Shown here piece after piece: positions 42,377 through 60,266 of a stretch of DNA of 64,000 bases (position 1 is the first letter of the stretch; each line of letters starts with the position of its first letter). This DNA is from Eledone cirrhosa. Its lineage: Eukaryota. The stretch covers positions 47,678,001-47,742,000 of the forward strand of contig OZ024746.1 in the NCBI GenBank assembly GCA_964016885.1, in the 5' to 3' direction. The position numbers and the translations under genes are program-made. Below the pieces are notes generated by a model that searched no databases, was not told where the DNA came from, and worked only from the letters and a program-made list of their open reading frames with translations.

Positions 42377-43072
42377 TGGGATAGATAGATAGAGTAAGAG
42401 AGAGAGAGCGAGAGAGAGAGAATAAGGATGGGATATTCGCGCCAACATAGCTGTATACATATATGTATGTAAAGTATGTATATCGAATAACATACGATAT
42501 GTTTGCGAATAAACATTTGAAAGCCTTTACGTATGAATTTTAAAGGTAATGACTGACACCATCTACCTTGTTCCAGTAGAAGCCAGGGGGAAGCAACAGA
42601 TAGCTGTTTCTGGCTGTGTGTTCTTTGTCAAGATTACACATCCTTCCTCGCCTCATACTGGAACGCAAATATGCCGAAAACATAGTTTTAACGGTTATGT
42701 ATATGGGCTGATTAGCTTCATTTGCATACGGAAATTTAGGCTGGCTTCGCATGGAGAACAAATAGAATTAGGATGTTCGTTCAAACATAGATGTATACAT
42801 ACATGTATGTAAATTCTGTATATCGAATAATATACGATATGTTTACGAATACACATTTGAAAGCATCTAGCTTTGAGTTTGAAAGGTGATGACTGACGCC
42901 AGAAGCAAAAGGGATATACAGTTGAATTAAAGTCTGTCACAGTCCCTAAGGCTCACCAGGCCAGTGCTTATCCTGGACCCTTCCGCGTTAAGCGACAGAG
43001 AGAACAAGACTCTTACATGGACACGATGCAATTTAATCACACACACACATATATATATGTATATATATATAT

Positions 43073-45635
<2,563 letters not shown>

Positions 45636-46181
45636 GTGCACTGTTAAAGTCATTCTGTTAATAAAAACAATAACTGTTTGTATTAATGTTTTGCGGACAC
45701 CATGCGGACACCATGCTTTGAAGCATAGAGTTACGTCCCTTTATGTTCAAATCCCGCCGAGGTTAACTTTGTCTTTCATCTTTACAGGGTCGATAAAATA
45801 AAGTACCAGTAATGTACTGGTGAATTGCTGGCCTTGTGCCTAATATAGAAACAATTAATGTTTTATATGTTAATGATAAGGATAATTAACTATTTGGCTG
45901 GTTCGTCAAAGTCTTTCGCTACGCAAATTTTGGTTTTATCAGTGACTTCTTCCGCAACTCTTTTATTTCTTGTGTGTTCTAATATATATAAATTAGTATG
46001 TGCGTGTTGCCATGTTCTTGTGCGCGCGAGTCCAATTTCGTATGTACTTTTGTTGTTTTTGTTTTTGTACGTGACCCATGCTAATACATGTACGAAAAGA
46101 TTTAGATAAATAAACGCACGCGTATATATGCTTATATATATCCATGTGCGCACGCACACAAATATATATATATATATATAA

Positions 46182-46249
<68 letters not shown>

Positions 46250-46427
46250 TCACACACACATATATAATATATATGTTTCAGAAGATCCTGGAAAAGAGTG
46301 AAGAAGCGGTTCTTTGCTTGAACTTTGATCTGCACTAATATATATATATATATATTATGTGTGTGTGTGTGTATGTGTGTGTGTACATGTGTGTGTATGT
46401 GTGTGTGTGTGTGTGTATGTGTGTGTG

Positions 46428-46511
<84 letters not shown>

Positions 46512-47008
46512 CTATCATTGCTGTTCATGCAGTTTTTGAAGTGAGCTATGGCTGGTCGATAAAAACAATGACACACTCACACACAAACCCAAATGCACTC
46601 TTTCACACACGTACACACATACACAAGTGTATATATTATAAACGTACGCACTATGTATGTAAAATAATTGTTTCTACTTTTGGCACAAGGCCAGCAATTA
46701 TTCCAGTGTATTACTGGTACTTTATTTTATCGCCCCCGTAAGAATGAAAGGCAAATTTAACCTCGGCGGTATTTGAACCCAGACCATAAAGGGCCGTTAC
46801 TCTATGCTGCAAAGCGTGGCCTCTGACCCTCTACCGATACTGCCAATATAAAATAATGTAACGTAATGTATGTATGCATGTATGTATGTATTTATATATG
46901 TATGTATGTTTATATGTATGTTTCTATGTATGTTTTTATGTATGTATGTATGTTTGTGTGTATTTATATATGTACATATGTATGTATTTATATATGTACG
47001 TATGTATG

Positions 47009-47043
<35 letters not shown>

Positions 47044-47382
47044 GTTAGGAATGCGGGCCAAGTACTTACTTCCAAGTGTCAATAGCAATGTATCTCTTGC
47101 ATAATCAAATGCATATTTTTACTATCTTGTCAACAAGACACACGTAATGATTCAACAACACCAGTAACCAGCAGGCGAGGTAGCGTATAATGTGATAGTC
47201 GACACATGGTAGCTTCACCTGCAAGAAATAGCTGTCACATATTTCCCTCAAATGGAACCCTGTCATCTAAAAAAAAAAAAAAAAAATGATTGTTGAATTG
47301 ATTAAACTAATCCTTCTGATATTTTGTTTAAAAGAAAAAAAGGATTGTTGATTGGCAAATTTGGAAGAGCGTTGGATAAGTT

Positions 47383-48075
<693 letters not shown>

Positions 48076-48616
48076 CGCCTGGAAAATATACAGTAGTTCG
48101 TGGTTAAGCCACAGTCCTATCGGTATCCATGGACAAAAGTTCAAGTCAACTAATCGATCGCTTTGGACTTTCGTTAGAGCCATCGTCCAGATTCCATTAA
48201 TTTTCCCTGGAAAAATGTAAGCGTGATTAGGTTTCATTTACAAATTTAATCTCATATACGCTGTGTCAGTGCACCAGTTAATTAATACACACGGTTAACT
48301 TTGCATTTCTATGTAAATAAGGTTGAGTCTAGCCTGGTCACTCTTACATTATTCATAAAGTAGTGCTCACCAAGTTATTTCAGCAGCCAGAAGTAATGGA
48401 ATCATGACTTTAGTTTGATACGAAAGTCGAAATATAATCGATTAATAGACTCAACTTCTCTTTCTCTCTGGCTGCTCAGTGCATTGCGCTTTAAAGTTAG
48501 GGCCTCTTTCCCCAGTGGCCTTAAAAAATGTATTAAACATATGATTTAACTATGCTTATACAAACATACGCTAACACGCACTCACGCACAAACGTACACT
48601 CGTACATACGTTCACA

Positions 48617-48651
<35 letters not shown>

Positions 48652-49141
48652 GCACAACCACACATATAAAGAAAATGAAAGTAACAGCCTCCAACTATAT
48701 AAATTTAACTGGCCTCGTAAAGGGTTGCATCTCATCGGAGGCTTCTTGGATGTTTTCTAGCTACATCTTATTGACACAATAATGTTACGACACTGCTCGA
48801 TATTTTGCGATAGAAGTAATTAGAACAATGGTAGGTTGAAATATCTGAATATAATGGAAGCCTAATAATCTACATGTACATGCGATGAAATATATATTGT
48901 ATAAAGCTGCTGCGGATTTGAAGAAAGAAAAGCCACAGTATCATTCATAGCACGGTTTTAAACACGGCAAAAAAAGGGGAACGCTAAACAATAATGATAA
49001 TTAAAATATAATTAAAAACAAAAATATAATATATGTATACATACATCTCTCAAAGAAAGTGCTTGGGTTCATTGCATATATCTCTCTATCTCTCTATATA
49101 TATATAGAGAGAAAGAGACTCTGCGGTGCTGAGACTATATA

Positions 49142-49248
<107 letters not shown>

Positions 49249-49395
49249 GGGGGGGGGGGGGGTTGGTTGGCGGGACCAGTATAAGGTTTCCATGCTAGTA
49301 CCGGTCGCATCTCAGCGTACTCCATATATATATATATATATATATCCGATTTAGTGATATGCTGCCGACAGGGAGAAAAAAAAACACACGTCCTT

Positions 49396-49473
49396 ACTGT
49401 TTCATTCGTTAGAAATCATCAGGACTTTCCTGCTGAATCCTTACGAATGAAACAGTTCTAGTCCTGTAGAAGT
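49396..49473. ncRNA. Back-to-back family A HHR copies, decayed
   Basis: tcatcag on + at 49416; CTGCTGA..GAAAcagttctagtcctgTAgaag at 49430-49472. Confidence 0.65.
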
Positions 49474-49566
49474 AATATGAATATACATATACTCTACTAG
49501 CGTAGTGAGTACTTTTTTAATAGTGGTCGCCTACCGATTTACATCGGGATCCTATTTATTTTTCAC

Positions 49567-49709
<143 letters not shown>

Positions 49710-50355
49710 CATACGCACACACAGACACATACACGCACGCACAGACACATACTCTACATAATTATGCCTGTAAAGTGCCTGATATAAACGCAAAAAGATC
49801 GACATCAAACCGAGGCTATCTACGAATTCAAGCAAATATAATCCAATAAGCTACAAACATAGTCACCTGATACATACTACACTAAACATAACGTAAAACC
49901 AATCACGCCCTTCAGAACCATAGTCCTAACAAAACAACTAAACTTACACAAATTACATGTGTATAGGTGACAGACGCACCATCACGCTTCAGCCGTCGTA
50001 TTGTGTGGTTTCTATATAACCTCCCCTCATTATATATACTAGGCTGTGGATTGGCAGTATCGGTAGAGGGTCGGACGCCATGCTTTGCAGCATAGAGTTA
50101 CGCCCCTTTACAATCTGAGTTCAAATCCTGACGAGGTTAACTTTGCCTTTAATCCTTAAGGGGTCGATAAGGTACCAGTAATGCACTGGGATAATTGCTG
50201 GTCTTGTGCCAAAAATAGAAACGATTGTATATACTAGCAGAAGAACCGCCCAATGTTCGGTTTTCTGCTAGCATATGTAGTGTGCGTATTGGTATTATAC
50301 GCAAATATATATGCATATAGATATGATATGCAAATTGAAAAGTTAATTGACAATA

Positions 50356-50755
50356 TCTTCTTCTTCTTCACCCACTTATTTTTGAGAGGGTCGTGGGGGC
50401 AGAATCCTCCTCAAACACTCCCTCCAGCGAGTCTGTCAGAAGCAAACATCTCTAACTGATCCAGCTGGATCCCAAAGAGTGACCAGCCCAGCTCATGGAT
50501 GTTATCCAACTATCTTGCTCAGGGTCTACCTCTAGGTTTCCTGCCGGCTGGTTTTGCCTGTAAAATCTGTCTAGCGATTCTTTCTTCAGATATTCTAACC
50601 ACATGTCCATAGTACCAGAGCTGTGATCTCTCAACTCGGAGAAGTAGCAGCTCTACCTGGAGTGACTAAGCTATGCAATTTATCGACTAAAGTTACACCC
50701 TTCAGAGGAACCCCATTTCAGCCGCTTGTATTTGCAATCGTATTCTTTCGGTCAT
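50356..50755 (-). mobile_element. RTE-clade LINE 3' fragment
   Basis: Frame RSQLWYYGHVVRISEERIARQIL..GRKPRGRP* with stops; (GAA)n tail. Confidence 0.75.
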
Positions 50756-51508
50756 GGGATGGTGAAAAAACTATAGCAAAACAGCCGCTGGCGTTCCATT
50801 TGTTACGCTGCGTGTGAGTGTATGTGTATGTGTGTTTTCGTGTAAATGTATGTGCGTGTGTGTGTTTATGTGACAGTACGTGAGTTTTTGTGTGAATGTA
50901 TGTGTATTTTTGCGTGTTTATGTGAATGTAAGTGTATGTTTGTGTGTATGTATGTGTATTTGTGTGAATGTATGTCCGTGAGTGTGTATTTTTGTAAGTG
51001 TGTCTGTGTTTGCACGTTTATATTTATATACTCATACATATAAATGTATGCATATGCACATACATACACGCAAACACATATACACATACGTGTCAGCATG
51101 TTAAAAAAAATCAAGTAACATAAAATGTTACGAAATATTAGCAGCAACTCCTGAGACACACTATGCAACATAACTGCGAGTGCAAACACCAATCTATAGT
51201 GACATTGATCGGCAGAAACGGATCTGGTTTTGTGACAGCCTTTAATGCACCTTAGAGCTGAACCCATAGCACAGTTGTCCCACTGGCGTTCGTAAATATA
51301 TTCATGTTGAAATCCATGGGGAAATTGTGGCCGGTCATGATGCTGCTAGGAATTGAGATTCCAGGATATACATAGATACATACATATATATACAATTGAA
51401 TATATGCGAGGGATGAACACCGATACAAGTATACATGTGTTCGAATTGCAAATGACCAAGTTAGCTATTTAATTGTAAACGACTATTTTGAGTTTCTAAC
51501 TCAATCTA

Positions 51509-51552
<44 letters not shown>

Positions 51553-51775
51553 TTGCGAGGTTTTTTATATGAAATCGTGTGTCGAAACAAATATTGTTAT
51601 ACTTGGGGAGGGTCATATTTGTGTAATATTGCCAGAATTAATAACAGAACACACTCACTGTTTGGTTGGTTTTCGCTTCTCGCTTCTGTGTCTTTTATAT
51701 CGGTAATCTAACTTACTCGGTCCTCAATGTTGCCATTGACTGACCGGCGGTCAAAACTGTAAAACTAGAAACGTA

Positions 51776-52114
51776 GTTTATAGCATAAGATGTACAGAGG
51801 GTACTTGCAGAAACATGATAACAACATACATAGGTGAGACAGCTCGTAGCATAGGTGAAAGGATAGACCAACACTGGGGGGAACTAAAAGGACGAAAAAA
51901 CGGGTCAGTACTATACGAACATGCTAGACAACAACATGACGGTAACATAGACAACATAGAAATTAGAATAATATCTAAACATAGAAATGACCCAGCAGAT
52001 AGGCAAATCAGAGAGGCCAGTGAAATAGAAATTAGAAGACCAAGGCTAAACAGAAAGAATGAATGGAATAACAACAACACCCAAACAAACAACACTGACC
52101 TAAGAGAAGTATAA
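51776..52114 (+). pseudogene. PLE GIY-YIG endonuclease fragment
   Basis: YSIRC..TYIGETARSIGERIDQH..SVLYEH..RQIREA..PRLNRKNEW. Confidence 0.88.
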
Positions 52115-52346
52115 ATAAGTAAATAAAATAAAATAAATAAATAAATAAATACATACACAAGCACAATAACAAGAAGCACATAAACACAGCACCCATCACA
52201 CAGCAAACAAAACACTATACACACACGCAAACGCATACGCAAAGAAGACAAAATAAAATAAACAAACAAGCAAATAAATAAATAAATATATAGACAGACT
52301 GAATAAAAATGGCGTAGACATACAATACAACAGGAGGAAAATATAG

Positions 52347-52390
52347 CACCACTGACGATGTTGCAGATGTGCAACGAAAGATTTATGATA
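52347..52390 (+). ncRNA. Minimal type I HHR, family G
   Basis: CTGACGA-t-gttgca gatg tgcaac-GAAA-g at t-TA; stem I is weak. Confidence 0.7.
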
Positions 52391-52631
52391 AACTATATAT
52401 ATGTGTTTGTGTCTATATTGTATCTGTATTATTTTTGACCGCCGGTCAGTCAATGGCAACATTGAGGACCGAGTAAGTTAGATTACCGATATAAAAGACA
52501 GCGAGAAGCGAAAACCAACCAAACAGTGAGTGTGTTCTGTTATTAATTCTGGCAATATTACACAAATATGACCCTCCCCAAGTATAACAATATTTGTTTC
52601 GACACACGATTTCATATAAAAAACCTCGCAA

Positions 52632-52675
<44 letters not shown>

Positions 52676-54650
52676 TAGATTGAGTTAGAAACTCAAAATA
52701 GTCGTTTACAATTAAATAGCTAACTTGGTCATTTGCAATTCGAACACATGTATACTTGTATCGGTGTTCATCCCTCGCATATATTCAATTGTATATATAT
52801 GTATGTATCTATGTATATCCTGGAATCTCAATTCCTAGCAGCATCATGACCGGCCACAATTTCCCCATGGATTTCAACATGAATATATTTACGAACGCCA
52901 GTGGGACAACTGTGCTATGGGTTCAGCTCTAAGGTGCATTAAAGGCTGTCACAAAACCAGATCCGTTTCTGCCGATCAATGTCACTATAGATTGGTGTTT
53001 GCACTCGCAGTTATGTTGCATAGTGTGTCTCAGGAGTTGCTGCTAATATTTCGTAACATTTTATGTTACTTGATTTTTTCAACATGCTGACACGTATGTG
53101 TATATGTGTTTGCGTGTATGTATGTGCATATGCATACATTTATATGTATGAGTATATAAATATAAACGTGCAAACAGACACACTTACAAAAATACTCACT
53201 CAAGGACATACATTCACACAAATACACATACATACACACAAACATACACTTACATTCACATAAACACGCAAAAATACACATACATTCACACAAAAACTCA
53301 CGTACTGTCACATAAACACACACACGCACATACATTTACACGAAAACACACATACACATACACTCACACGCAGCGTAACAAATGGAACGCCAGCGGCTGT
53401 TTTGCTATAGTTTTTTCACCATCCCTTTCCTTCCTTTTACACACACACATTCACACAAACACACACACACACAGACACACGCGAGGGCGCGCACGCGTAC
53501 ACACACTAACATTGTGTGACAGACGGACGGAATTTGCTCAAATTTATATATAGATGTATATACAATATTAATATTGAATAGATTTAATCCGAAATACGTT
53601 ACACCCCAAAACCTTGTCATTGGCTGCATCTAATGAAGTTTATTCTGCTGCGATGATTCTGTCTATGGTTCTAGTTTCACTGCCATTCCTGTTTATCTTT
53701 GCACTAATTCCGGAGCTGAGTAAACGGTAAACATAAAAAAGAACAATTATGTAACAGAAGTTTTTATTGCTCGATTAGTTAAACACTAACGGAATTATGG
53801 AAACTCTTACGTTTTTATACATTGTGTATCTAGGCGTATATTATCAAATGTGAAGGTGCATGGTTTAGTGTTTTCGGTGACACGTTGTGTCTTTGAGTAA
53901 GATTATTTCACGTTGCTCCAGTCCATTTAGCTGGCAAAAATAGGTTATACTTGTACTTCAAAGAGCCGGCTTTGTCACACACTTTGTCATACTGAATCTT
54001 CCAGGAATCTACGTTAAACCTTTACCACTTAAACCGGCTGTATCTGGCCAGAATTCTCTCACCTCTTTCTTTTCAAACCAGCCGTAACTGGCCGCTCATA
54101 CTGATGTTGAGGTACTGTTTTCAAAATAAATAATATCAACATCTTCGATATTATGTGAGATAGTATGTGAGATATTACCGTGAAAATACAACAGTAAATA
54201 TAGAGTAATGTAAATGTTAATGGGTTAAGAGTAGACTCACATATGAAATGCTTAAGTATTTGTACGTTAAATAACTGGAACAGTCGTTGTCAGAATGAAT
54301 GGAGGTACAACAAATATCATTAAATATGTGCTTCGTTTGTTTGTTTGATTAAAAAACAAAGACAATAGGATTTGATTAAGGAGAGATTTAGCTGCTATTT
54401 CTTGCACTCCGTACAACTAGGTACAAATTGTGTCATTGATTGCGAGCATTGTAGAAGTGGAAGGAATGGTATCTTGTGGTCTGTTGAAATATGTAACACA
54501 ACATGAAGTTTGACATGGTAGATATGAGGTAAGAGGCATCGTGGAATCAAATTACGTTCTGAGGATTTAAAAAAAAAAAGTGTGTCGGACTATTAATTAT
54601 TTAACGATAAAGGAAGAAAATAAAGTGAAAGATAGATAGTCATCAAATGC

Positions 54651-54700
<50 letters not shown>

Positions 54701-54727
54701 TATATGTGTATATATATATATATATGG

Positions 54728-54813
<86 letters not shown>

Positions 54814-54976
54814 ATATTGTATATATATATATATAGATATATAGATATATATATACACTTACACACGCGTGCACACATATTACCCAGATATAGTTTAGAT
54901 AGCTTCCGGGTAAATAGCTTCTCTGGTATGCAAAGAAACGTGTAGTAACATATTTCTACTCCTATATATATATATA

Positions 54977-55335
54977 TGGAAAAAATGAAATTTCATTTCT
55001 AACTCTTTGTACGGCTGATACTTTAATATTTATTATAATGTTCAGTTTGTTTGTAAACAAACAGCCCGAATTAAGCCGTACAGTGTTCGGCAACCATCGT
55101 TGCCCTTTTGTTCAACACTGACAAAGGAACGATGAACTAGTTTCAAGCTTATTAGCTATCATCAGCACTGTATACCTTCCTGTCAGATGATTGAACGTTT
55201 GAAAGTTCCTTATGCATATCAACGGCTGAGCAGCCCAATTTGTATATCGAGTGACTTAGTCGGCCTGGCGTACCGAAAACGATAAATGGAAAAAATGAAA
55301 TTTCATTTCTCACTCTTAGTACGGCTGATACTTAA
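54977..55335 (-). mobile_element. Internally deleted, terminally redundant copy of the 422-bp HHR family
   Basis: HHR at 55130-55170 (CTGATGA, GUU); 54977-55024 repeats at 55286-55335. Confidence 0.8.
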
Positions 55336-55372
55336 TATATATATATATACTGATATATATATTATATATATA

Positions 55373-55438
<66 letters not shown>

Positions 55439-55561
55439 TTATATTATATATATTACGTATACTATATATATGTTGTTATACTTTGGGAGGGTCGTGCTGC
55501 CAATAAAAACACACGCACCTGCTACTTTTAACTATATATATATATATGTAATATAGCCCAG

Positions 55562-55612
55562 GGCTTCCTGATGAACTCTCCCGAATGAAACAGTTCTAGT
55601 CCTGTAGAAGCC
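55562..55612 (+). ncRNA. Family A HHR (tail to about 55700)
   Basis: ggcttc-CTGATGA-actctcccgaat-GAAA-cag..ctg-TA-gaagcc. Confidence 0.8.
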
Positions 55613-55694
55613 ATTTCTATATTAAATATTTATTATACTCTGCTTTGTATTGAGTACCTTACTGTGGTTACCCCCGATTGAACCCGGGATAAAC

Positions 55695-55734
<40 letters not shown>

Positions 55735-57477
55735 CAGCAGCATTATGACATATGTAAATATAGATTTAAAAAAGCCTAAAACATTACTTGAGAAATAATT
55801 TTTTTTTTCCCTTTAATAGCAACCAAGCAGATTTTGTGAGGAGATTTATAAAGTTGATCTTTAATCTACACACTAAATTAGTTTTTAACTGAAATTTGAA
55901 ATATGTAAGGCAAACTGGATCTATTTGAGCCCCAGGACAATATCAAAAATATAGTTATCAGTGTAACGTCGTAACTCTATTTAATATTAATATATATATT
56001 TTTATGACAGAACAATTATGTGGTCAGTCGGGTTAGTAGAAATAACAGTCAAATCTCACTATTCTAGAGATGGAGTTAACAATCGAGTAGATTATATGTT
56101 TAACTGTTAATTTACTTCATAATAATTGTTTCTACTTTAGGCACAAGGCCAGCAATTACCCAGTGCATTACTGGTACTTTATTTTATCGACCCCGTAAGG
56201 ATGAAAGGCAAAGTCAACCTCGGAGGGATTTGAACTCAGATCGTAAAGGGACGTAACTATGCTGGAAAGCATGGCGTCCGACCCTCTACCGATACTGCCA
56301 ATCCACCACCCTTAATTTACTTCATAATAATACAGTCAGGAAGCTGCTTTGCTGTTACTCATTCTGTAAGAAATAGTAGCCAAATCTCACTCAAATCTCA
56401 GCCTACCGCAGTAAAATGAAAGGAATGTAGTGCTTGATGAGCAAATACACAGGCCTGATTATGATTAGAATCTTTGATCGTAAGTTTGCTCGGCCAGGAG
56501 TGACCTGGGGCTAAGTAATAACACCGCCAACAACAACATAACATCATCATCATCATTATCATCGTTCTTGTTTTACGTCCTTTTTTCCATGCTTGCATAT
56601 GTTATATATATATATGCATACACACATACAAATGTGTGTGTTCGTGTGTGTTTGCATATATGTATAAATGCATAAATATGCCTATATGTGTGTTTGTGCG
56701 TATATGAGTGTGTGTGTATGTTGTTGTTGTTGTTACAGCTCACACCTACGCAGGTTTAGCTGGCCTCCTCCAAGTCTTTGGAGGTGTCTGGGGGTAATTT
56801 AATGATAGAGACGCCAGTCCTATCATCTCATTTCTATAGCTAAATAAATATACAGTATACATCTATATTATTAAATGTGGGTAAGTCCAAACGGCTTTCT
56901 GTCATCTACAAACACAAGTATTGTACTTGTAAGTATTAGAGAAAGTATACCGCAAAATCAAACATGTTGAAACTTCGTATCGTTCTCCTGCCAGGAAAGA
57001 CAGTTTGTCTATTAATTATAGGCGATTGGCTCGACAGCTCGCTCTTTGAATAGAGGTATGGGAGTATCAGAGATTAGATATAAAGAAAACAAAACAAAAT
57101 ATAAACAAAATTGTTTTATTCGAAAATCAGTTCAGGTTCGAATATCATCGATGTTGAGTTTGGCTATTTCAATCACCCACTTGCTTATTAGTGATTCATA
57201 TCCCATCTCTGCTTAATTAAGTTGGTAGGTTACCATTTTGTAGACAATGGTTTCTGAGCACAAACTACCAAAACACACATCTATTTGAATATGCGCTACA
57301 ATTTATGTACATGGTATGTTTATTGCATATAGAAGTTTTCTGACAATTTTAGAGTGGTGCAAAGAGCGAAGCTAATCATTACAACTAAATTGACCAAATT
57401 TGGTTCCCCACCCCAATTCAGAAATGCTTCCACCGCCCCTGTGAATGTGAGTATTATTATTATTATATATATATATA

Positions 57478-57554
<77 letters not shown>

Positions 57555-57579
57555 TGTTTCTATATATATATATATATAC

Positions 57580-57619
<40 letters not shown>

Positions 57620-58045
57620 TGTTTCTACTTTTGGCACAAGGCCAACAATTACTCCAGTGCATTACTGGTATTTATTTTATCGACCTCGGAAGGATGAAAG
57701 GGAAAGTTAAACTCGGCGGGATTTGAACTCAGACCGTAAAGGGCCATAACTCTATGCTGCATGACGTCCGACTCTCTACCGATACTGCCAATAATTGTTT
57801 CTACTTTTGGCACAAAGCCAGCAATTACCCAGTACAATCCTGGTACTTTATTTTATCGATCCCGTAAGGCAAAGTTAACCTCGGCGGGATTTGAACTCAG
57901 ACAATAAAGGGAAATAACTATGCTGGAAAGCATGTCCGACACTCTACCGATACTGCCAATAATACTGAGATGAAGTTATCGGATAAGACCGAAAAACCTT
58001 CGATCGTTTTCCCACTCATTCGATGTTCTACTTAAGCTAGTATCC

Positions 58046-58104
<59 letters not shown>

Positions 58105-58209
58105 TATAGATAGGTAAATATACACGGGTGTGTATGATTGTGTATAGAAGATTATATTAATAAGAGGAATTCCAACTTTGTCTGATTTACTCGTTTTATT
58201 TACAATCCT

Positions 58210-59001
58210 TTAAAATATATATAATGGTAGTTTTAAGTCTTTTGGGTGTAATAATTTAATGTACCCACTGTTTTGTTCTCTTACTGCCAGTTGTATTTCT
58301 TTTGACTTGTGAACTTTCGGTAGGCCATACAGGTTGCTGGGTTTCGGCTCAAAATTGGTGATGTAGTCTCTTTCCTTATCAGTAAATGAGTTGTGGTATT
58401 TTGAAGCCAGGTTGTTGATCTTCTTCATGATGTTGTGGTCTATATTTGACGGTATTTCATGATAGAATGTTGTGTCTTTCAGTTGTTCCTCAACCAAATC
58501 CTTGTAGTATTCAGTATCCATTATAACAACTGCACCCCCTTTATCTGCTTGTTTAATTATTATTGTTTTATCATTTTGTATACGTTTAAGTGCAAACATT
58601 TCTGATTTGTTAATGTTTGGCCTAACATTAGTATTATGTCTAAGAGGAAATTTAGACAGGATGTCAATGTATTGGTCGAGATAGATATTTCTTCCTTTTG
58701 GCGGAGTGAAATTTGATTTATTCTTTACTAGTGATTCATCACTCTCATTATTTTTATCAGCGAAGAATTCTACAAGACGTAATTTTCGACAGAATTCTTG
58801 GGTATCCTCCTTCAGTTCTTGGTGGTTGACTGTTGGAGTCGGTGTGAATTTCAGTCCTTTTGACAGAATTTGCATTTCATCATTGTCAAGATCTCTTTTA
58901 GATAAATTAATTATTTTAGGATCTACGTGTACAGCTGTTTTGGGTATGTTTCCTCCTGGAGTTTTTCTTTTTCCGGTTTTTGTTGTCCTGACGTTAAAAA
59001 A
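58210..59001 (-). pseudogene. PLE reverse transcriptase N-terminal part, truncated by deletion
   Basis: IINLSKRDL..EMQILSKGLKFTPT..FCRKLRLVEFF..IIIKQADKGGAVVIMD..NLYGLPKVHK. The frame is open upstream of the Met at 58875. Confidence 0.9.
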
Positions 59002-60266
59002 TGAATTTTTCTCTGTTCAGGATTTATATTCCTGTTGGTGTTCGCTTGATGAACTTTTGGTCGTGATATTATATTTGGTTTCGTTATGTATTTTGTCCTA
59101 TTTTTGGTATTCTGTATATTATTTTTCTTCCTGTTAGCATTATTTTTAACAATCTGGGAAAATGACCTAGGTTTGCTTTCAGGTTTAGATCGTTTTTTCG
59201 TCCAGTTTCTTGTGGGCAATCTCTGTTGAGATCTTGAGAGTGATCTGGTTATTCTACGTTTTGTTTCCACATTCCTTGTTGGTAGTCTCTGTTGAGATCT
59301 TGAGAATGATCTCCTGGTTTTACTACTTCTCATGGTCTGGTCAAAGGAATACCTATCGTGTTTGTGCTTTTTGTTCATGTTGTGTGCGATAGGGTGTTTT
59401 TGTAGAAAAAGCGAAGAGTTATTACCGTAGTTCTTCTTTGATTGAAGGTAAGGTTTGTGTTGGCACGTGTTCTGGCGTATGTTGTGTTGATGAGATTGTC
59501 CACTTTTAATGCTTTTTCTCAGGGTTCCAGAGTCTTTACCGTAATTTGCAGCATATTCATCGAGAAATAATTGTTTCTGCTGCCATACCTTTCTTGATTT
59601 GTTTTCTTCTTTTGAGATATCTCCGATCCATAGTTCTCGTAGTTTTTCAGCTATAATACCAGTCGTTAGCTTTGAAATTTCAACTTCAATTTGGTCATCA
59701 ATAGCTTCATATTTGGCTTTGTAGCGGGATTGTTTACATTCAGAAATGGAGATGTCGGTCCTGAATTTTGTCAATGTAAGTTCAAATCGGAGTTTTGTTT
59801 CTTCTTCTGGTTCTCCTGCAATTTCTGTAATTAGGTATTTACGAGGGAGTATGGGTGCCGTTAGAGAGAGCCATTTCGAATGTGTTTCGACATATTTTTC
59901 GCATCTGTATGCTTTCCAGAAATTTTGTTTTCTTATGTTAAGGAATTTTTTCCATGTCTTCCACATTTCTTTTCTTATTCGATGTGTTTTGTTTTCCAAA
60001 TTTCTTTCGTTTATTTCTGACATCCAAGGGGGTTGTGGTAGGCTTTCTCTTGTATCTTTGATAACTGTTGGTATAATTTCAGCTAAATTCTTAATTTCAG
60101 AGTTTATATGTTCAGTTATAAGTTTTCCGTCTGTAGATTGTTTTTCTATTTCCTTTAAAATAGAGGATTGTGTGTCCATCATCGTGATAAGTGTTGATAA
60201 TTTCGATGATATCTCCTTTAGAATTCTTTCTGATTCTGTTGGTTTCATTTGTTGCTTTCCAGACAT
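58923..60266 (-). CDS. PLE ORF1, 447 aa, probable coiled-coil N-terminus and basic C-terminus
   Basis: Intact non-repetitive ORF between the pLTR tail and the RT; R/K/S-rich duplicated SRSQQRLPTRN. Confidence 0.75.
   Translation of the reverse strand: MSGKQQMKPTESERILKEISSKLSTLITMMDTQSSILKEIEKQSTDGKLITEHINSEIKNLAEIIPTVIKDTRESLPQPPWMSEINERNLENKTHRIRKEMWKTWKKFLNIRKQNFWKAYRCEKYVETHSKWLSLTAPILPRKYLITEIAGEPEEETKLRFELTLTKFRTDISISECKQSRYKAKYEAIDDQIEVEISKLTTGIIAEKLRELWIGDISKEENKSRKVWQQKQLFLDEYAANYGKDSGTLRKSIKSGQSHQHNIRQNTCQHKPYLQSKKNYGNNSSLFLQKHPIAHNMNKKHKHDRYSFDQTMRSSKTRRSFSRSQQRLPTRNVETKRRITRSLSRSQQRLPTRNWTKKRSKPESKPRSFSQIVKNNANRKKNNIQNTKNRTKYITKPNIISRPKVHQANTNRNINPEQRKIHFLTSGQQKPEKEKLQEETYPKQLYT

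Larger units (their letters stand above)
50756..53425. repeat. About 1-kb inverted repeat around a truncated PLE
   Basis: Arms 50756-51756 and 52433-53425 differ at only a few positions. Confidence 0.92.

Noticed and set aside
49268-49325. HHR-like string on minus (CTGAGA..GAAAcc..ggTC)
   Set aside because: The core lacks one base and stem I does not pair, so it is too degenerate to call.
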